Source of the DNA: a virus
Taxonomy: Duplodnaviria; Caudoviricetes
Virus record (IMG/VR): IMGVR_UViG_3300027734_003164
Span: 1-64,000 of that record
Direction: 5' to 3' (one strand)
DNA: 64,000 nucleotides
The notes beneath the pieces were generated by a model. That model saw only the letters and a list, made by a program, of their open reading frames with translations. It made no database searches and was not told the origin of the DNA. The position numbers were made by a program, and so were the translations under genes. This document shows positions 18,660 to 28,369 of the stretch, piece after piece. Each line of letters begins with the position of its first letter. Position 1 is the stretch's first letter.

Positions 18660-18882
18660 TTTTATATGTTTTTCTTAATTCTTCTTTTAAACCTGTTAAT
18701 AAACCTTTTTTATATGCAACGTAATCTTCTTCGTATTTAGATGGCCAAGCCACAAGATAAGAATTTTTATCGTCTTTTGGGTAAGTATAAAAATCTTTTT
18801 TTATTCTTTTTTTGGTTTTTCTTGGTAATCTAAACTTTTTCTTTTTTTGAGCTATAACATTCAATTTTTTTATCTTTAACAT
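18649..18882 (-). CDS. Basic hypothetical protein
   Basis: KFRLPRKTKK; TACATTTG promoter at 18887-18894. Confidence 0.6.
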   Translation of the reverse strand: MLKIKKLNVIAQKKKKFRLPRKTKKRIKKDFYTYPKDDKNSYLVAWPSKYEEDYVAYKKGLLTGLKEELRKTYKNGW

Positions 18883-18962
18883 TCCACAAATGTAATCATA
18901 TTAAATTGAATAAACAATATTTTTTTAATATATTTGAATCATACTAAAAAAATAAAACACAA

Positions 18963-19232
18963 ATGACAAAAAATACTATACCATCTATATTTATCAGGAG
19001 ACGGATTTCAATCGATGATTTGAATAAATTGGTCTGTGATGTAAAACGTTTATCCGACATTGAAGACCCACAAACGTATGTAACTTCTGTTTATGACTTG
19101 GTTAGGTTTTTTATTTTTTCAAATGATAATCTTGCCAAAGAGATAAGTAGACAAAGTGACACTCACGAATCATATATTAAAATCCAAGACCATATTTTAA
19201 ATTATTTAAGAAATATATTACATGAAAAATAA
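18963..19232 (+). CDS. Hypothetical protein
   Basis: 89-aa ORF on the plus strand, coupled to the next gene. Confidence 0.55.
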   Translation: MTKNTIPSIFIRRRISIDDLNKLVCDVKRLSDIEDPQTYVTSVYDLVRFFIFSNDNLAKEISRQSDTHESYIKIQDHILNYLRNILHEK

Positions 19233-20001
19233 AAAAGAACTAAAATATCATAACCCTTTGGGTGGGTTATTTTCTGCTGATGTTGATGATGAGTTTATAA
19301 CAGGTAAAGTTGGTGAATTAGTTAATTTATCAAAGGACTACCCAACAATAAATTTACCTATATCTAAAATACCCGATATCCCACATCATTCAGAACCAGA
19401 AGAAAATTTCTATATAATGAACTCGAGTTTGAGCTATCCAATAATCGTTATGGTTAACATTCGCGGTGAAATCGAAAGAGTGTTAGATGGTAATCATAGA
19501 ATACAAAAATCTTTATATTTAGGGAATAATACAATAAAAGCAAAGTTAATACCAAAAAAAGATATTAAAAAATTTTTTGGTAAATCAAACTTACAAGAAT
19601 CTATAAGAAGAATTTTAAGGGAGGAATTTGAATCCCAAAATTATCCAATTTGGTTATTAAGAAGAACCAATCATATTGAGGCTCTTTTACGTAAACAAAT
19701 GTCACACCTTTCTTGTGAATCGTGTTTTTGGGGATTTGAATCATTTATGTTAAATGTATTTAGGGGTGTTTATTTGGAATTATCAAATGAACTTGATTTT
19801 TTAACCTCACAGGATGACGAATATGAATATGATGATGACGAATATGATGATGACGAATATGAATATGATGATGACGAACCATTATATAATGAGAATAGAG
19901 AAATTGTTGATGATTTTATAGAAAAAAATTATTATAATTTATTAAAAACCTATTTTGATGATTTTTGTAAAAAATGTAATAAAAAAACATCAATTTCTTA
20001 A
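19222..20001 (+). CDS. ParB/sulfiredoxin-like domain fused to an acidic C-terminal domain
   Basis: YPIIV...VLDGNHRIQK...TIKAK; internal LQESIRRILREE motif; YEYDDDE repeats. Confidence 0.55.
   Translation: MKNKKELKYHNPLGGLFSADVDDEFITGKVGELVNLSKDYPTINLPISKIPDIPHHSEPEENFYIMNSSLSYPIIVMVNIRGEIERVLDGNHRIQKSLYLGNNTIKAKLIPKKDIKKFFGKSNLQESIRRILREEFESQNYPIWLLRRTNHIEALLRKQMSHLSCESCFWGFESFMLNVFRGVYLELSNELDFLTSQDDEYEYDDDEYDDDEYEYDDDEPLYNENREIVDDFIEKNYYNLLKTYFDDFCKKCNKKTSIS
19813..19878 (+). repeat. Tandem GATGATGACGAATAT(GAATAT) repeats encoding DDEYEY
   Basis: Direct inspection of 19813-19878. Confidence 0.8.
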
Positions 20002-20174
20002 ATATTTCTACTTCCATAACACTCCAATTTTTTATTATTTACATTCCACAAATCTTTTACCCCTTCAGTCATATGACAATTATGACGTTTGCCGGTCCTA
20101 CGACCAAAATCAACAATCATATCATTATGACGATTACGAATTAAATGTGGGCATTCTTTACAGGGTTTTTTCAC
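19998..20174 (-). CDS. Small Cys/His protein (possible metal binder)
   Basis: PCKECPH...HNCHM...C; GTG start at 20174 chosen because TATCTTTG lies at 20179-20186. Confidence 0.6.
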   Translation of the reverse strand: MKKPCKECPHLIRNRHNDMIVDFGRRTGKRHNCHMTEGVKDLWNVNNKKLECYGSRNI

Positions 20175-20192
20175 CTTACAAAGATACAAAAA

Positions 20193-20504
20193 TTATAAAT
20201 CTAATTTATATAATCTACACATTTCTAACATATATTTTTTTAAGTTGGTTATTGTTTCTTTGAAATCAACTCTTGGTGTTTCTTTAAACCTTTCAGCTAA
20301 ATCATCATCTTTTAACGTATCGTTACAACTTTGATATATGTCTTTGAAGACTTGAGCATAGTATTGTTCTTTACTATATTCATCTTTAATTTTTCTTTCA
20401 AGTATTTTACCTTCTAGTTCACGACAATAATCAATCAACTCACTTACTTCTGAAATGTCCATCAAATGTTTATTATTTTTAAATATTTGATTTATGTTCT
20501 TCAT
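20193..20504 (-). CDS. Hypothetical protein
   Basis: Start moved to MKNINQ. Confidence 0.6.
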   Translation of the reverse strand: MKNINQIFKNNKHLMDISEVSELIDYCRELEGKILERKIKDEYSKEQYYAQVFKDIYQSCNDTLKDDDLAERFKETPRVDFKETITNLKKYMLEMCRLYKLDL

Positions 20505-20859
20505 AGTGTTTATCGCATAATGTGGTATGCCAACCAATATTTGTTTTTAATTCACCTTTTTCTCCACAGGTCTCACAAGTTTGATAACTTAAGTTTTCAG
20601 CTTCACTTATTCTCTTATGAACTTCGTTTGATGCTCCGTTAATATAAAATCTTAATCCACCGAATTTTTCTTTTACTTGACAAACTTGTTTATCCCACCC
20701 AAGTTTGATTAAGTCTTCAATCAGTTCTTTAATTAAAAAGTACCAACCAGACCCTACATCGAAGAACGTTGCTTGTTTAATTGTTGGTCTATCGGGATAG
20801 TGTCCATTTTTTAGACCCCCTATAGATTCTAAAAACTCATTCATTTCTTCTTTAGTCAT
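20479..20859 (-). CDS. Phage hypothetical protein with C-terminal Zn-ribbon
   Basis: VGSGWY.LI..L...QVKEKFGGLRFY...CETCGEKG...TLC..H. Confidence 0.7.
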   Translation of the reverse strand: MTKEEMNEFLESIGGLKNGHYPDRPTIKQATFFDVGSGWYFLIKELIEDLIKLGWDKQVCQVKEKFGGLRFYINGASNEVHKRISEAENLSYQTCETCGEKGELKTNIGWHTTLCDKHYEEHKSNI

Positions 20860-20978
20860 TTTTTAAAAACTTTAATATTTTTTCTTTTACTCCACTTTGT
20901 TTGTTGCTTTTTGTAACGACTACCCCAATTATTAGAGAGACAAATTACACTATCGTTGTCTAAAAATAAAACTTTCAT
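20856..20978 (-). pseudogene. Truncated HAD-like phosphatase remnant (40 aa)
   Basis: MKVLFLDNDSVICLSNNWG: HAD motif I (DxD) followed by an early stop. Confidence 0.45.
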
Positions 20979-21018
20979 CTTATTATACATTTAATAAAAC
21001 AAAGATAATAAAATATTT

Positions 21019-21222
21019 TTAATTAAAAAAACCGTTACTTAGAAAATCATAAAAAATTAAGATTTTGTCGTATAAAAAAAAATAGATAATTAGTAGTATG
21101 ACTAAAAAAGATGTCCAAGAAAAGTGTGGATGCGTTTCATACATATATTTTGTAAACTGAATTGAATCTTCTAACAGATAGACAAAAATTATTATAAAAA
21201 AACCAAATAAAATTATTTCCAT
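21019..21222 (-). CDS. Small membrane protein
   Basis: Two hydrophobic segments. Confidence 0.55.
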   Translation of the reverse strand: MEIILFGFFIIIFVYLLEDSIQFTKYMYETHPHFSWTSFLVILLIIYFFLYDKILIFYDFLSNGFFN

Positions 21223-21223
21223 A

Positions 21224-23968
21224 CTATTTTATAATTTGTTTTAAAGTTTCTGTTGATAACTCTTTTGATACAATTCTTACATAATAAATACCTGAAATTA
21301 AAGATTTGTTGTCAATATCATACAAGTTAATACCTTGGTTTATTTTTATTTCTTTTTCAAAAACTTTTGCTCCTTTTGTATCTTTAATTTCAATAATCCC
21401 GTCTCCAATCATATTTTTATTATTTAAAACAACTTGAAACATTCCAGAACTTGGATTTGGAAACGTTGAAAAATATCCTTTTGAATTTCCATTACAAATA
21501 ACATTGATGGGTCCATATTCATCACTAACGCCATCAATATCATATTGCATTAATTTATAATAGTTGTTTCCATCAATCTCATTTTCATCTTTTGCTGTAT
21601 AACTTAATTCTTGAGTTGAATTTCCTGCTGAGGCTAAGGTGGTTAATTTAGACCAATTCTCACCATCTCTTGATTTAAGAACATCAAAGTGAGATGTATT
21701 GTGTTCAGTTGCCGTTTTCCAATTTAAAGTAATAAAATTTTCATTACAAGTTCCGTCAAACGATAATAATTCCACAGGTAATGCTCCGTTTGTTATTATA
21801 TTAAAAAATCTAACTTGAGTTCCACAGTTTGATGAATTTGAAACCGTAACTCTAACGGACCCATCGGTTGTTGTTTGAGGCCAATAAAAAGATATTGATG
21901 GTGTATTAGAGTTTGGTATGTTTGACCAATATGGTGCCGTTATTGATTGAGTGTAATCCCACTGATAGGTTGCGTTTGGAACAGGTGTTATTGAATATGT
22001 TTCTTGAGTTCCAGCAATAATTGTGTTGTTCCCCGACACTGTAGAAACAAATCCAACTGAAGGGTTTACGGTTATTGTTGTTGATGTTGCATTTGAACAA
22101 CCGTTTGATGACACTGTTAGTGTGTATGTTTGAGTTGTTGTCGGTGACGCAAAAGGACTTGGCGCGTTTGGATTTGTCAGTCCTGTAGATGGTGTCCAAG
22201 AATACGTAATTGGTGGTGTTGTATTACAAGATGTAACTATTTGATTAAAAGCCTGACCTCCACCTAAACTTCCACTTGAAATAGTAGTTCCATTACAAGT
22301 GATTGTAAAAGTTGCCGTATTGTCATTCCAAGTTCCTTGAGTTTCAATTAAAAAAGTATAAGGCCCATTTGCTGATGACCCAATAGGTATAACATTTGTT
22401 GTTCCGGTTCCATAATTTCCCCCTGAACCTATTATAGTTCCCAAATTATTATATAATGTCCAACTTGTTTCATCCATAAACCCACCACTTGATATAGTAA
22501 CAACTAAATTTCCAGGAACAGATAAACCACTAACATTAGAATTTAATTGAGTGCTTGGCCCATTACATATAACATTAGATGTCGGAGTTATTGTAACTTG
22601 CGGTATTTGATTTACTGTTATAGTGGTCGAAGTACAACTTGAACTAAATAACCCTGAATTGTAATTTCTTGCAAAATATGTTGTGGTTGTTGAAGGTGTT
22701 ACAGTAATTGAATTTCCTGTTCCAATAAAAGTAGTTCCACATCCACCTGTATACCAATATACCGTTCCAATTGCCCCATTAGCAGTTAAAGTTGTTGATG
22801 TTCCATTACAAATTGTATTTTGTGTTGCCGTTATATATGTTGGAGCAGATGGTGGTGGAGTTGTGCAGATTAAACCAAGTGAGAAAGCACTTGATGTTGA
22901 ATATCCATGAACTAATATGTAGTAGTTTAGTCCAACGGTTGATGTCCATTGATAAGACGCTGATGATGTGGCACATGATGGCCCCATATCATCATTACCA
23001 CCCACACAAGTTAAAGCACTACAACTTGTCCCACTAAAAACTGATATTTTACTATCCCAAGCAGTATTACATAAATAAGCAGTCATAATCTGTCCAGTGC
23101 CCGTAACACGATACCAAACACCAGGTTGAGTTTGTGTAACAGAACAAGTTGAATTTTCTCCTACACCTGAATTTGTGGCATTAACCGTTGTTCCTGAAAT
23201 AATTTGTCCACAAGATATTGATGTTGCATTACAAACTAAATCATTTGCAGGTGCTGCAGGTGCCGAACAAGTAACACAAGTTACTGTTGATGTTCCACAT
23301 GAAGAAGCAGTCCCACAACTTGAATTTGTGTTATAATGAACAAATACGGTTCCTGTATAAGATGACGCCCAATTCAAGGGTGCATTACCATAAGCAACAA
23401 TTGGTCCGTTATATGTTCCTGTATGAACTGTGATGTAACCACCTAAACTATATCCAAATTGATATGTTTGTCCTGCAACAATACCTGAAACTGTAGAATA
23501 TTCACTTTGGAAATTACAGCTAGAAATTGTAACCGTTGTTGGTGTTGAAGGTGCAACAGCAGAACCATATGAAGAAGTATTTGTACAACCTGGTGTTGCA
23601 ACCGTACAATTAGCAAGACAAGTACTACCTAAAGTAGTCGCCGTTCCCGAAACAGGTTGTATGGTGGCAAGTAAAACGGTTCCAACATTATTCACAACTT
23701 GAACTCTCATTTCACTTGGATAAGTTCCCGCTATTGTTCTATAAACTCTAATCGTTTGCCCACTACTTGCGGTAAAATTAAATATTGCAGGCCCTAAACC
23801 TGTCGATAAAGTTATATTACTTAAAACAGTTAAACCATTAACTGAAACTGAAACGGCACCTCCGTTCCAACCATCACCAAAAGTATCAGTAAGTCTTATT
23901 GTGTGGGTGCATTGAGAAATAACAAAACTTGTAAAAAAAACAAAAATCGATAATAATAAATTCTTCAT
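21224..23968 (-). CDS. Large secreted Cys/Thr-rich multi-Ig-domain protein with T9SS type A C-terminal sorting domain
   Basis: Signal peptide; Ig-like repeats (WYTGGCG.T.IGTG.SITVTP..TTTY; YSWTPSTGL); ALPVELLSF, W.TATE.N...F; FPNPSSG...G.Y.VRI CTD. Confidence 0.8.
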   Translation of the reverse strand: MKNLLLSIFVFFTSFVISQCTHTIRLTDTFGDGWNGGAVSVSVNGLTVLSNITLSTGLGPAIFNFTASSGQTIRVYRTIAGTYPSEMRVQVVNNVGTVLLATIQPVSGTATTLGSTCLANCTVATPGCTNTSSYGSAVAPSTPTTVTISSCNFQSEYSTVSGIVAGQTYQFGYSLGGYITVHTGTYNGPIVAYGNAPLNWASSYTGTVFVHYNTNSSCGTASSCGTSTVTCVTCSAPAAPANDLVCNATSISCGQIISGTTVNATNSGVGENSTCSVTQTQPGVWYRVTGTGQIMTAYLCNTAWDSKISVFSGTSCSALTCVGGNDDMGPSCATSSASYQWTSTVGLNYYILVHGYSTSSAFSLGLICTTPPPSAPTYITATQNTICNGTSTTLTANGAIGTVYWYTGGCGTTFIGTGNSITVTPSTTTTYFARNYNSGLFSSSCTSTTITVNQIPQVTITPTSNVICNGPSTQLNSNVSGLSVPGNLVVTISSGGFMDETSWTLYNNLGTIIGSGGNYGTGTTNVIPIGSSANGPYTFLIETQGTWNDNTATFTITCNGTTISSGSLGGGQAFNQIVTSCNTTPPITYSWTPSTGLTNPNAPSPFASPTTTQTYTLTVSSNGCSNATSTTITVNPSVGFVSTVSGNNTIIAGTQETYSITPVPNATYQWDYTQSITAPYWSNIPNSNTPSISFYWPQTTTDGSVRVTVSNSSNCGTQVRFFNIITNGALPVELLSFDGTCNENFITLNWKTATEHNTSHFDVLKSRDGENWSKLTTLASAGNSTQELSYTAKDENEIDGNNYYKLMQYDIDGVSDEYGPINVICNGNSKGYFSTFPNPSSGMFQVVLNNKNMIGDGIIEIKDTKGAKVFEKEIKINQGINLYDIDNKSLISGIYYVRIVSKELSTETLKQIIK

Positions 23969-24132
23969 TGTGTATAAAATTAAAATACATTAATCGTTAT
24001 ACTCACTTGAAGAATCCTAATTGGAAACCCCCATCTACCATGGGCCGGTCGAGATACTATAATAAATACGAAGAACTACTTGATTTTTGTATATAAATTA
24101 TCGTGTATTGAGCAAAACACTATTTTGACTTA

Positions 24133-24540
24133 TTATTTTCTAATTTTAACCGTATCAACCGGTGTAATCGTTACATTTGTTACACCTCTCTTTAAAAAAT
24201 TAAGTTGTTTTGCCGTTCCATAACTCAAATCAATAATGAATTTAGAACTTTTTGGTAGTCGGTCATTAACTTTTACATAACAAACTGAATCATTATGATG
24301 ATTAAATACTTTTACTATTGTTCCAAATTTAAAGTATTTGTGAGCTGCGGTTAAACTATCTGCGTAAAATCTTTCTCCTGATGCTGTCATTCTACCTGTC
24401 CAGTGTTGTCCATAGTAGGTAGCAGTTCCTTTATATTCAGGTGTGGTTAAAATAAAAGATAAAAATAGTAATGGTGTGAAAACCAATAATTTATTTAAGA
24501 TTCCAATTTTTGTATTTTGTTTCAATTTTTCTTTTTCCAT
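24133..24540 (-). CDS. RlpA-family (DPBB) lytic transglycosylase
   Basis: GTATYYG, TASGERF, LTAAHK, VKVNDR, IIDLSYGTA..L; start uncertain (overlaps upstream gene). Confidence 0.85.
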   Translation of the reverse strand: MEKEKLKQNTKIGILNKLLVFTPLLFLSFILTTPEYKGTATYYGQHWTGRMTASGERFYADSLTAAHKYFKFGTIVKVFNHHNDSVCYVKVNDRLPKSSKFIIDLSYGTAKQLNFLKRGVTNVTITPVDTVKIRK

Positions 24541-25738
24541 ATTTTTTTTCCATGACTCTTTGGTGTAAATCCCAATTCAGAATAGATTCACTAACTTGTT
24601 CGTCATCTTTTGCCATATCATATAATTTTGATATTTTCTTTAACATTTTGTTTGCCACATAATTAAATTTTTCAAATTCGACTTCAAAAAATTTAGTTGG
24701 GTTTTTTTCATACTTTGTGGTTTGAGATAAAAACTTTTGTCTTATTTGATTTGTTTTATGGAGTCCTTCTAACTTTTCTTTGGCTCCGTCAGGTAGTAAA
24801 CCTAATTGTAAACCAAATTTTAAAAAGTCATCATAAGAATGTTCTGTCATCGTCATAAACAATTCCATTCTGTTATTTACCAAATCAATGTATACTATTT
24901 CCAACGCTTTATTTATTTTTTCATCAATAGTCATGTTAGAAGGGTCTTCACCAATATGTTCAATAAGTTTGTCCAATCTTTCTTCTTGTTCTTTTAATAG
25001 TGAAATAAAATCATTGAATGTAAAGTTTTTGATTTGAACTAATTCTTTATAAACTCTGTTGTTTTCTAAAAAATCTTTGAATTGAGATTTTGTTATATTT
25101 TTTCTTTTCATTGAATACGCCACTTCTGTTGGTCTAACCAAGTTTTCTATCGCATGAATATAATACATTTTACGATAAAAATCCCTATCAATTGCAGGTA
25201 TTCCAAAAGTACCTCTTTGTTGAGTTGCCTGATATTCAGCATCAAGACCAATTAACGCATATTTTTTAGATTGTTTATCGTATTTGTGTTTTATTTCATG
25301 AGCTAAAGATGAAACGTGTTCATCTCTTTCTTCTTCCATTTTTTGAATTAGCCCTTCAGGTTCCCAATTTTCACCAACAGCAAATGTAATTGTTAATTCT
25401 AAAGTTGTTGACGGTTGAGCCTCTTTCATAAAGGTTTCTCTACTAAATCCAAATCTACCTCCCATTCCCATTTGAATTATATCTAAAACACCCTCTTCAT
25501 CTTCTATTTCTTCAATATTAACTACAAGTTCATATGAATCAATTTTAATTTTTTTCTTATCTCCAAGTTCAAATTCTATTATACCATCGAATTTATATTC
25601 ATCTTGAATAGAGTCTATGGATTTAATGTCTTGTTCAACAACATCATATAACATGTCGGCAGCATCCAAAATATTTTCAGGAACACCTAACGCCTCATTC
25701 AACATTTTTAATTGGTTTTCGGATATAATAATTTTCAT
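24491..25738 (-). CDS. MKIIISE-leader protein with zincin-like HExxH motif
   Basis: Begins MKIIISENQLKMLNE; LAHEIKH...E; TATTTAT at 25743-25749. Confidence 0.6.
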   Translation of the reverse strand: MKIIISENQLKMLNEALGVPENILDAADMLYDVVEQDIKSIDSIQDEYKFDGIIEFELGDKKKIKIDSYELVVNIEEIEDEEGVLDIIQMGMGGRFGFSRETFMKEAQPSTTLELTITFAVGENWEPEGLIQKMEEERDEHVSSLAHEIKHKYDKQSKKYALIGLDAEYQATQQRGTFGIPAIDRDFYRKMYYIHAIENLVRPTEVAYSMKRKNITKSQFKDFLENNRVYKELVQIKNFTFNDFISLLKEQEERLDKLIEHIGEDPSNMTIDEKINKALEIVYIDLVNNRMELFMTMTEHSYDDFLKFGLQLGLLPDGAKEKLEGLHKTNQIRQKFLSQTTKYEKNPTKFFEVEFEKFNYVANKMLKKISKLYDMAKDDEQVSESILNWDLHQRVMEKKYGKRKIETKYKNWNLK

Positions 25739-25812
25739 AATAATAAATATGTTGGAGTTATGGTTTATCCAACAACCCCAACTATATTATTTTGCCTAAG
25801 ATTTGTCAAACT

Positions 25813-26505
25813 TTACAAAAATGTTATTTCATTTGTTATTGGGTTCCAATCAATATGCCAAGGTAAATGTGAATATAAGTATTGTTCATTCAATACTGCA
25901 GCGTTGAAATAATGTGTATGTCCGTCAAAATAATGACCATACCCACTATGAATATGACCACAGATGTGAATTTTTGGTTTGATTTGTTTAATTCGTTCTG
26001 CCAATAATTCACAACCCAAATGTTGCCCACGACGACCTTCAACATCATCTAACATACCCCAAGCCGGACCGTGAGTAATCAAGATATCAATATCATCAGG
26101 AATATCTTTCCATTTTTGTTCCAATTCCCATCCGGCTTTAGGTAAGTTAAACGCCCAATTATAAAACTCAGGTTGCCAAGGACTACCCCAAATTTTAATC
26201 TCAGGTTCACCACCTTCTATAATGCCCAAAAACTCATCTTCAAGATAATTAATATCTTTATATGTATTTAAAATCTCTTTAGTTTTTTCAACATTATTTT
26301 GAAATCCCCAATCGTGATTACCCGCAATAAAAACTTTAGTAGTGTAATTATCCAAACTATTATACCACTTCGCAAACTCACGAATTTCATGTTCATACCC
26401 CATAGAACTAATGTCACCGGCATGTAATAATAAATCACCACCCTTCAAATCACCTGTAACGTGTTTGTGTTTGTTGTGAGTGTCGCTCAATATTGTTAGT
26501 ATCAT
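25813..26505 (-). CDS. Calcineurin-like metallophosphoesterase (MPPED/239FB-like)
   Basis: SDTH, HAGD, IAGNHD, WGSPWQPEF, ITHGP, GHIH. Confidence 0.85.
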   Translation of the reverse strand: MILTILSDTHNKHKHVTGDLKGGDLLLHAGDISSMGYEHEIREFAKWYNSLDNYTTKVFIAGNHDWGFQNNVEKTKEILNTYKDINYLEDEFLGIIEGGEPEIKIWGSPWQPEFYNWAFNLPKAGWELEQKWKDIPDDIDILITHGPAWGMLDDVEGRRGQHLGCELLAERIKQIKPKIHICGHIHSGYGHYFDGHTHYFNAAVLNEQYLYSHLPWHIDWNPITNEITFL

Positions 26506-26720
26506 ATTTTTCTTTTTTGTTTTTTTCTTTCTGACTTAAATTTAAAAATAAATTCTACTAATTCAAAACAATTTAATTGTTTCTTCCACTTATTTTTAAA
26601 ATTTTCAAATAAGTTTTCAGAAGTTTTAATTTGCTCCAAGGTCACACTAGAGTTTAAAACTCTAATTACGTATTCAAAATCTTTATTTGCTTTCATTTGT
26701 TCTATTATTTTTTTATCCAT
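26502..26720 (-). CDS. Hypothetical protein
   Basis: 72-aa ORF. Confidence 0.55.
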   Translation of the reverse strand: MDKKIIEQMKANKDFEYVIRVLNSSVTLEQIKTSENLFENFKNKWKKQLNCFELVEFIFKFKSERKKQKRKI

Positions 26721-27076
26721 ATGTTTTCATTATTCAATTTAAAGGTACCAATAAATTTCATATTCCATTCATGTGGCGAAACTAATGAAAGGAAAAATCT
26801 ATCGTTTTTTTGATAAAGGTGGTAAATCTCACCAACAACAGGCTCAAAATTAAAATCAGACGAATAAATTAATTCGTTCCAAAAAAACTCCTCCATCATT
26901 TCATTATACTCTTCTTGTAGTTCTTTAAATTTATCTTCAAAATTCTTATTAACTTTATTAACTTTTGTAACCTTCCAATTACTAATATCATCTACTTTAA
27001 TTGCAGGTGCCCCAACATTACTCCCATAAGGAAGTAAACCAGGATTATTTGCAACGTTGTCAGGTTTATTTTCCAC
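26705..27076 (-). CDS. DUF2452-like protein
   Basis: LPYGSNVGAPAI, FEPVVGEIYHLY...FLSL.SP.EW...FIGTFKL. Confidence 0.7.
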   Translation of the reverse strand: MENKPDNVANNPGLLPYGSNVGAPAIKVDDISNWKVTKVNKVNKNFEDKFKELQEEYNEMMEEFFWNELIYSSDFNFEPVVGEIYHLYQKNDRFFLSLVSPHEWNMKFIGTFKLNNENIWIKK

Positions 27077-27399
27077 TATAAAGATTCAATTTTTTTATTA
27101 ATTTTTTCTACTAAATCTATGTTTATATTTTTTTCACTATTAAGTATTTCTTCAAGAAGTTTTTTGGTTTCAAGTTTTCCTTTTTGTTTAACTCGGGAAG
27201 TAGAGTTTAACTCAACTTCATATAAATAATATGCGACTTCATCCACCTTTTTTAACTTATTAATATATTTTTCAATTCTTTGGTCTATTCTACGTCTTCT
27301 ATCTAAATTAGTTATGGTAGGTAATGCTTTATATAATTCATCCAATCTACCTTTGAGGTATTGAATTTCACCAAACTTTAGTATCTCTTGATTTGTCAT
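27076..27399 (-). CDS. Hypothetical protein
   Basis: 107-aa ORF. Confidence 0.6.
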   Translation of the reverse strand: MTNQEILKFGEIQYLKGRLDELYKALPTITNLDRRRRIDQRIEKYINKLKKVDEVAYYLYEVELNSTSRVKQKGKLETKKLLEEILNSEKNINIDLVEKINKKIESL

Positions 27400-27638
27400 T
27401 TTTTATGAATTGGGTTTTTACAGTTTCCTTTATGTGAACCCCATTGTCTATCGGCGTTTCCTATTTTAATGTATTCACATCCTTGGTAAGTATACTCTGT
27501 TACTCTGGTAATTTCCGATGGGGTTTCTTTTTGTGGTTTTTGTTCTTCACAGGATGTTAAAGAGACAAGAGCCATTCCAAATAATAATCCAAATATCATA
27601 ACAAATAATAATCCAACATCAGGTCCTTCTTCTTTCAT
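27396..27638 (-). CDS. Small putative lipoprotein
   Basis: LTSC lipobox; YQGCEYI...HKGNCKNPIH. Confidence 0.65.
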   Translation of the reverse strand: MKEEGPDVGLLFVMIFGLLFGMALVSLTSCEEQKPQKETPSEITRVTEYTYQGCEYIKIGNADRQWGSHKGNCKNPIHKK

Positions 27639-27663
27639 TCTTGGTTTTACTTTATTTATATTT

Positions 27664-27885
27664 TTATTTTAATTTTTCAATTTTATAAAAACCACATATC
27701 ATATATGGTTCTCCCGGTGTATTATGTAAACCCGGACTTTTGTTGAATAGAACGCACCCATTTGATGTTTCATTATAGAAATTACAATAAAAAATTCTAT
27801 TTTTTGAATCAGTAATTTTATAATTGTAAGATGGCCCACAAGAAAACAAGATACTAATAACAAAGATAAGTACGAAAATTTTCAT
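27664..27885 (-). CDS. Small putative lipoprotein
   Basis: LFSC lipobox. Confidence 0.6.
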   Translation of the reverse strand: MKIFVLIFVISILFSCGPSYNYKITDSKNRIFYCNFYNETSNGCVLFNKSPGLHNTPGEPYMICGFYKIEKLK

Positions 27886-27916
27886 ATCTTAAAAATAGAT
27901 ATTTTATTATTTTAAA

Positions 27917-28369
27917 TCAATCGCAGTCTTCAATATAATTTTGAATATTTTTTTTAGCGTTCTCTATTAGCCATAGATTTGCGTTTGGTACTTTTAATAA
28001 AAAATCTAACTCATATGAATACGCCATTAATTCTTCATTTGAATTTTTGATATTTTTCCCATAAAGAAGTAGATGACAACTTTCATGAATTAATATTGCG
28101 CAGATATTATAGATATTTCCAAAGTTCATTTCCTTAGTTGGAATTAAAATTGTGTTTGGTGGTTCGGTTGTTGCAAAACTATTATTCCAATAACCAATAG
28201 TATTACATTTAGTTATTAAAGTATTATATTTAACGGTGTCGTATTTTTGTATTGTGTCTAAAGCTTGTTCTACTTTATCTTTCCACCCATCCCCAACATC
28301 TGTAATCTTGATTTGTGAGAAAGAGTATGAAGATAATATTAGTAATATCAAAAATATCCATATTCTCAT
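27917..28369 (-). CDS. Secreted zincin-like (HExxH) protein
   Basis: Signal peptide; LIHESCHL...EELMAY. Confidence 0.55.
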   Translation of the reverse strand: MRIWIFLILLILSSYSFSQIKITDVGDGWKDKVEQALDTIQKYDTVKYNTLITKCNTIGYWNNSFATTEPPNTILIPTKEMNFGNIYNICAILIHESCHLLLYGKNIKNSNEELMAYSYELDFLLKVPNANLWLIENAKKNIQNYIEDCD

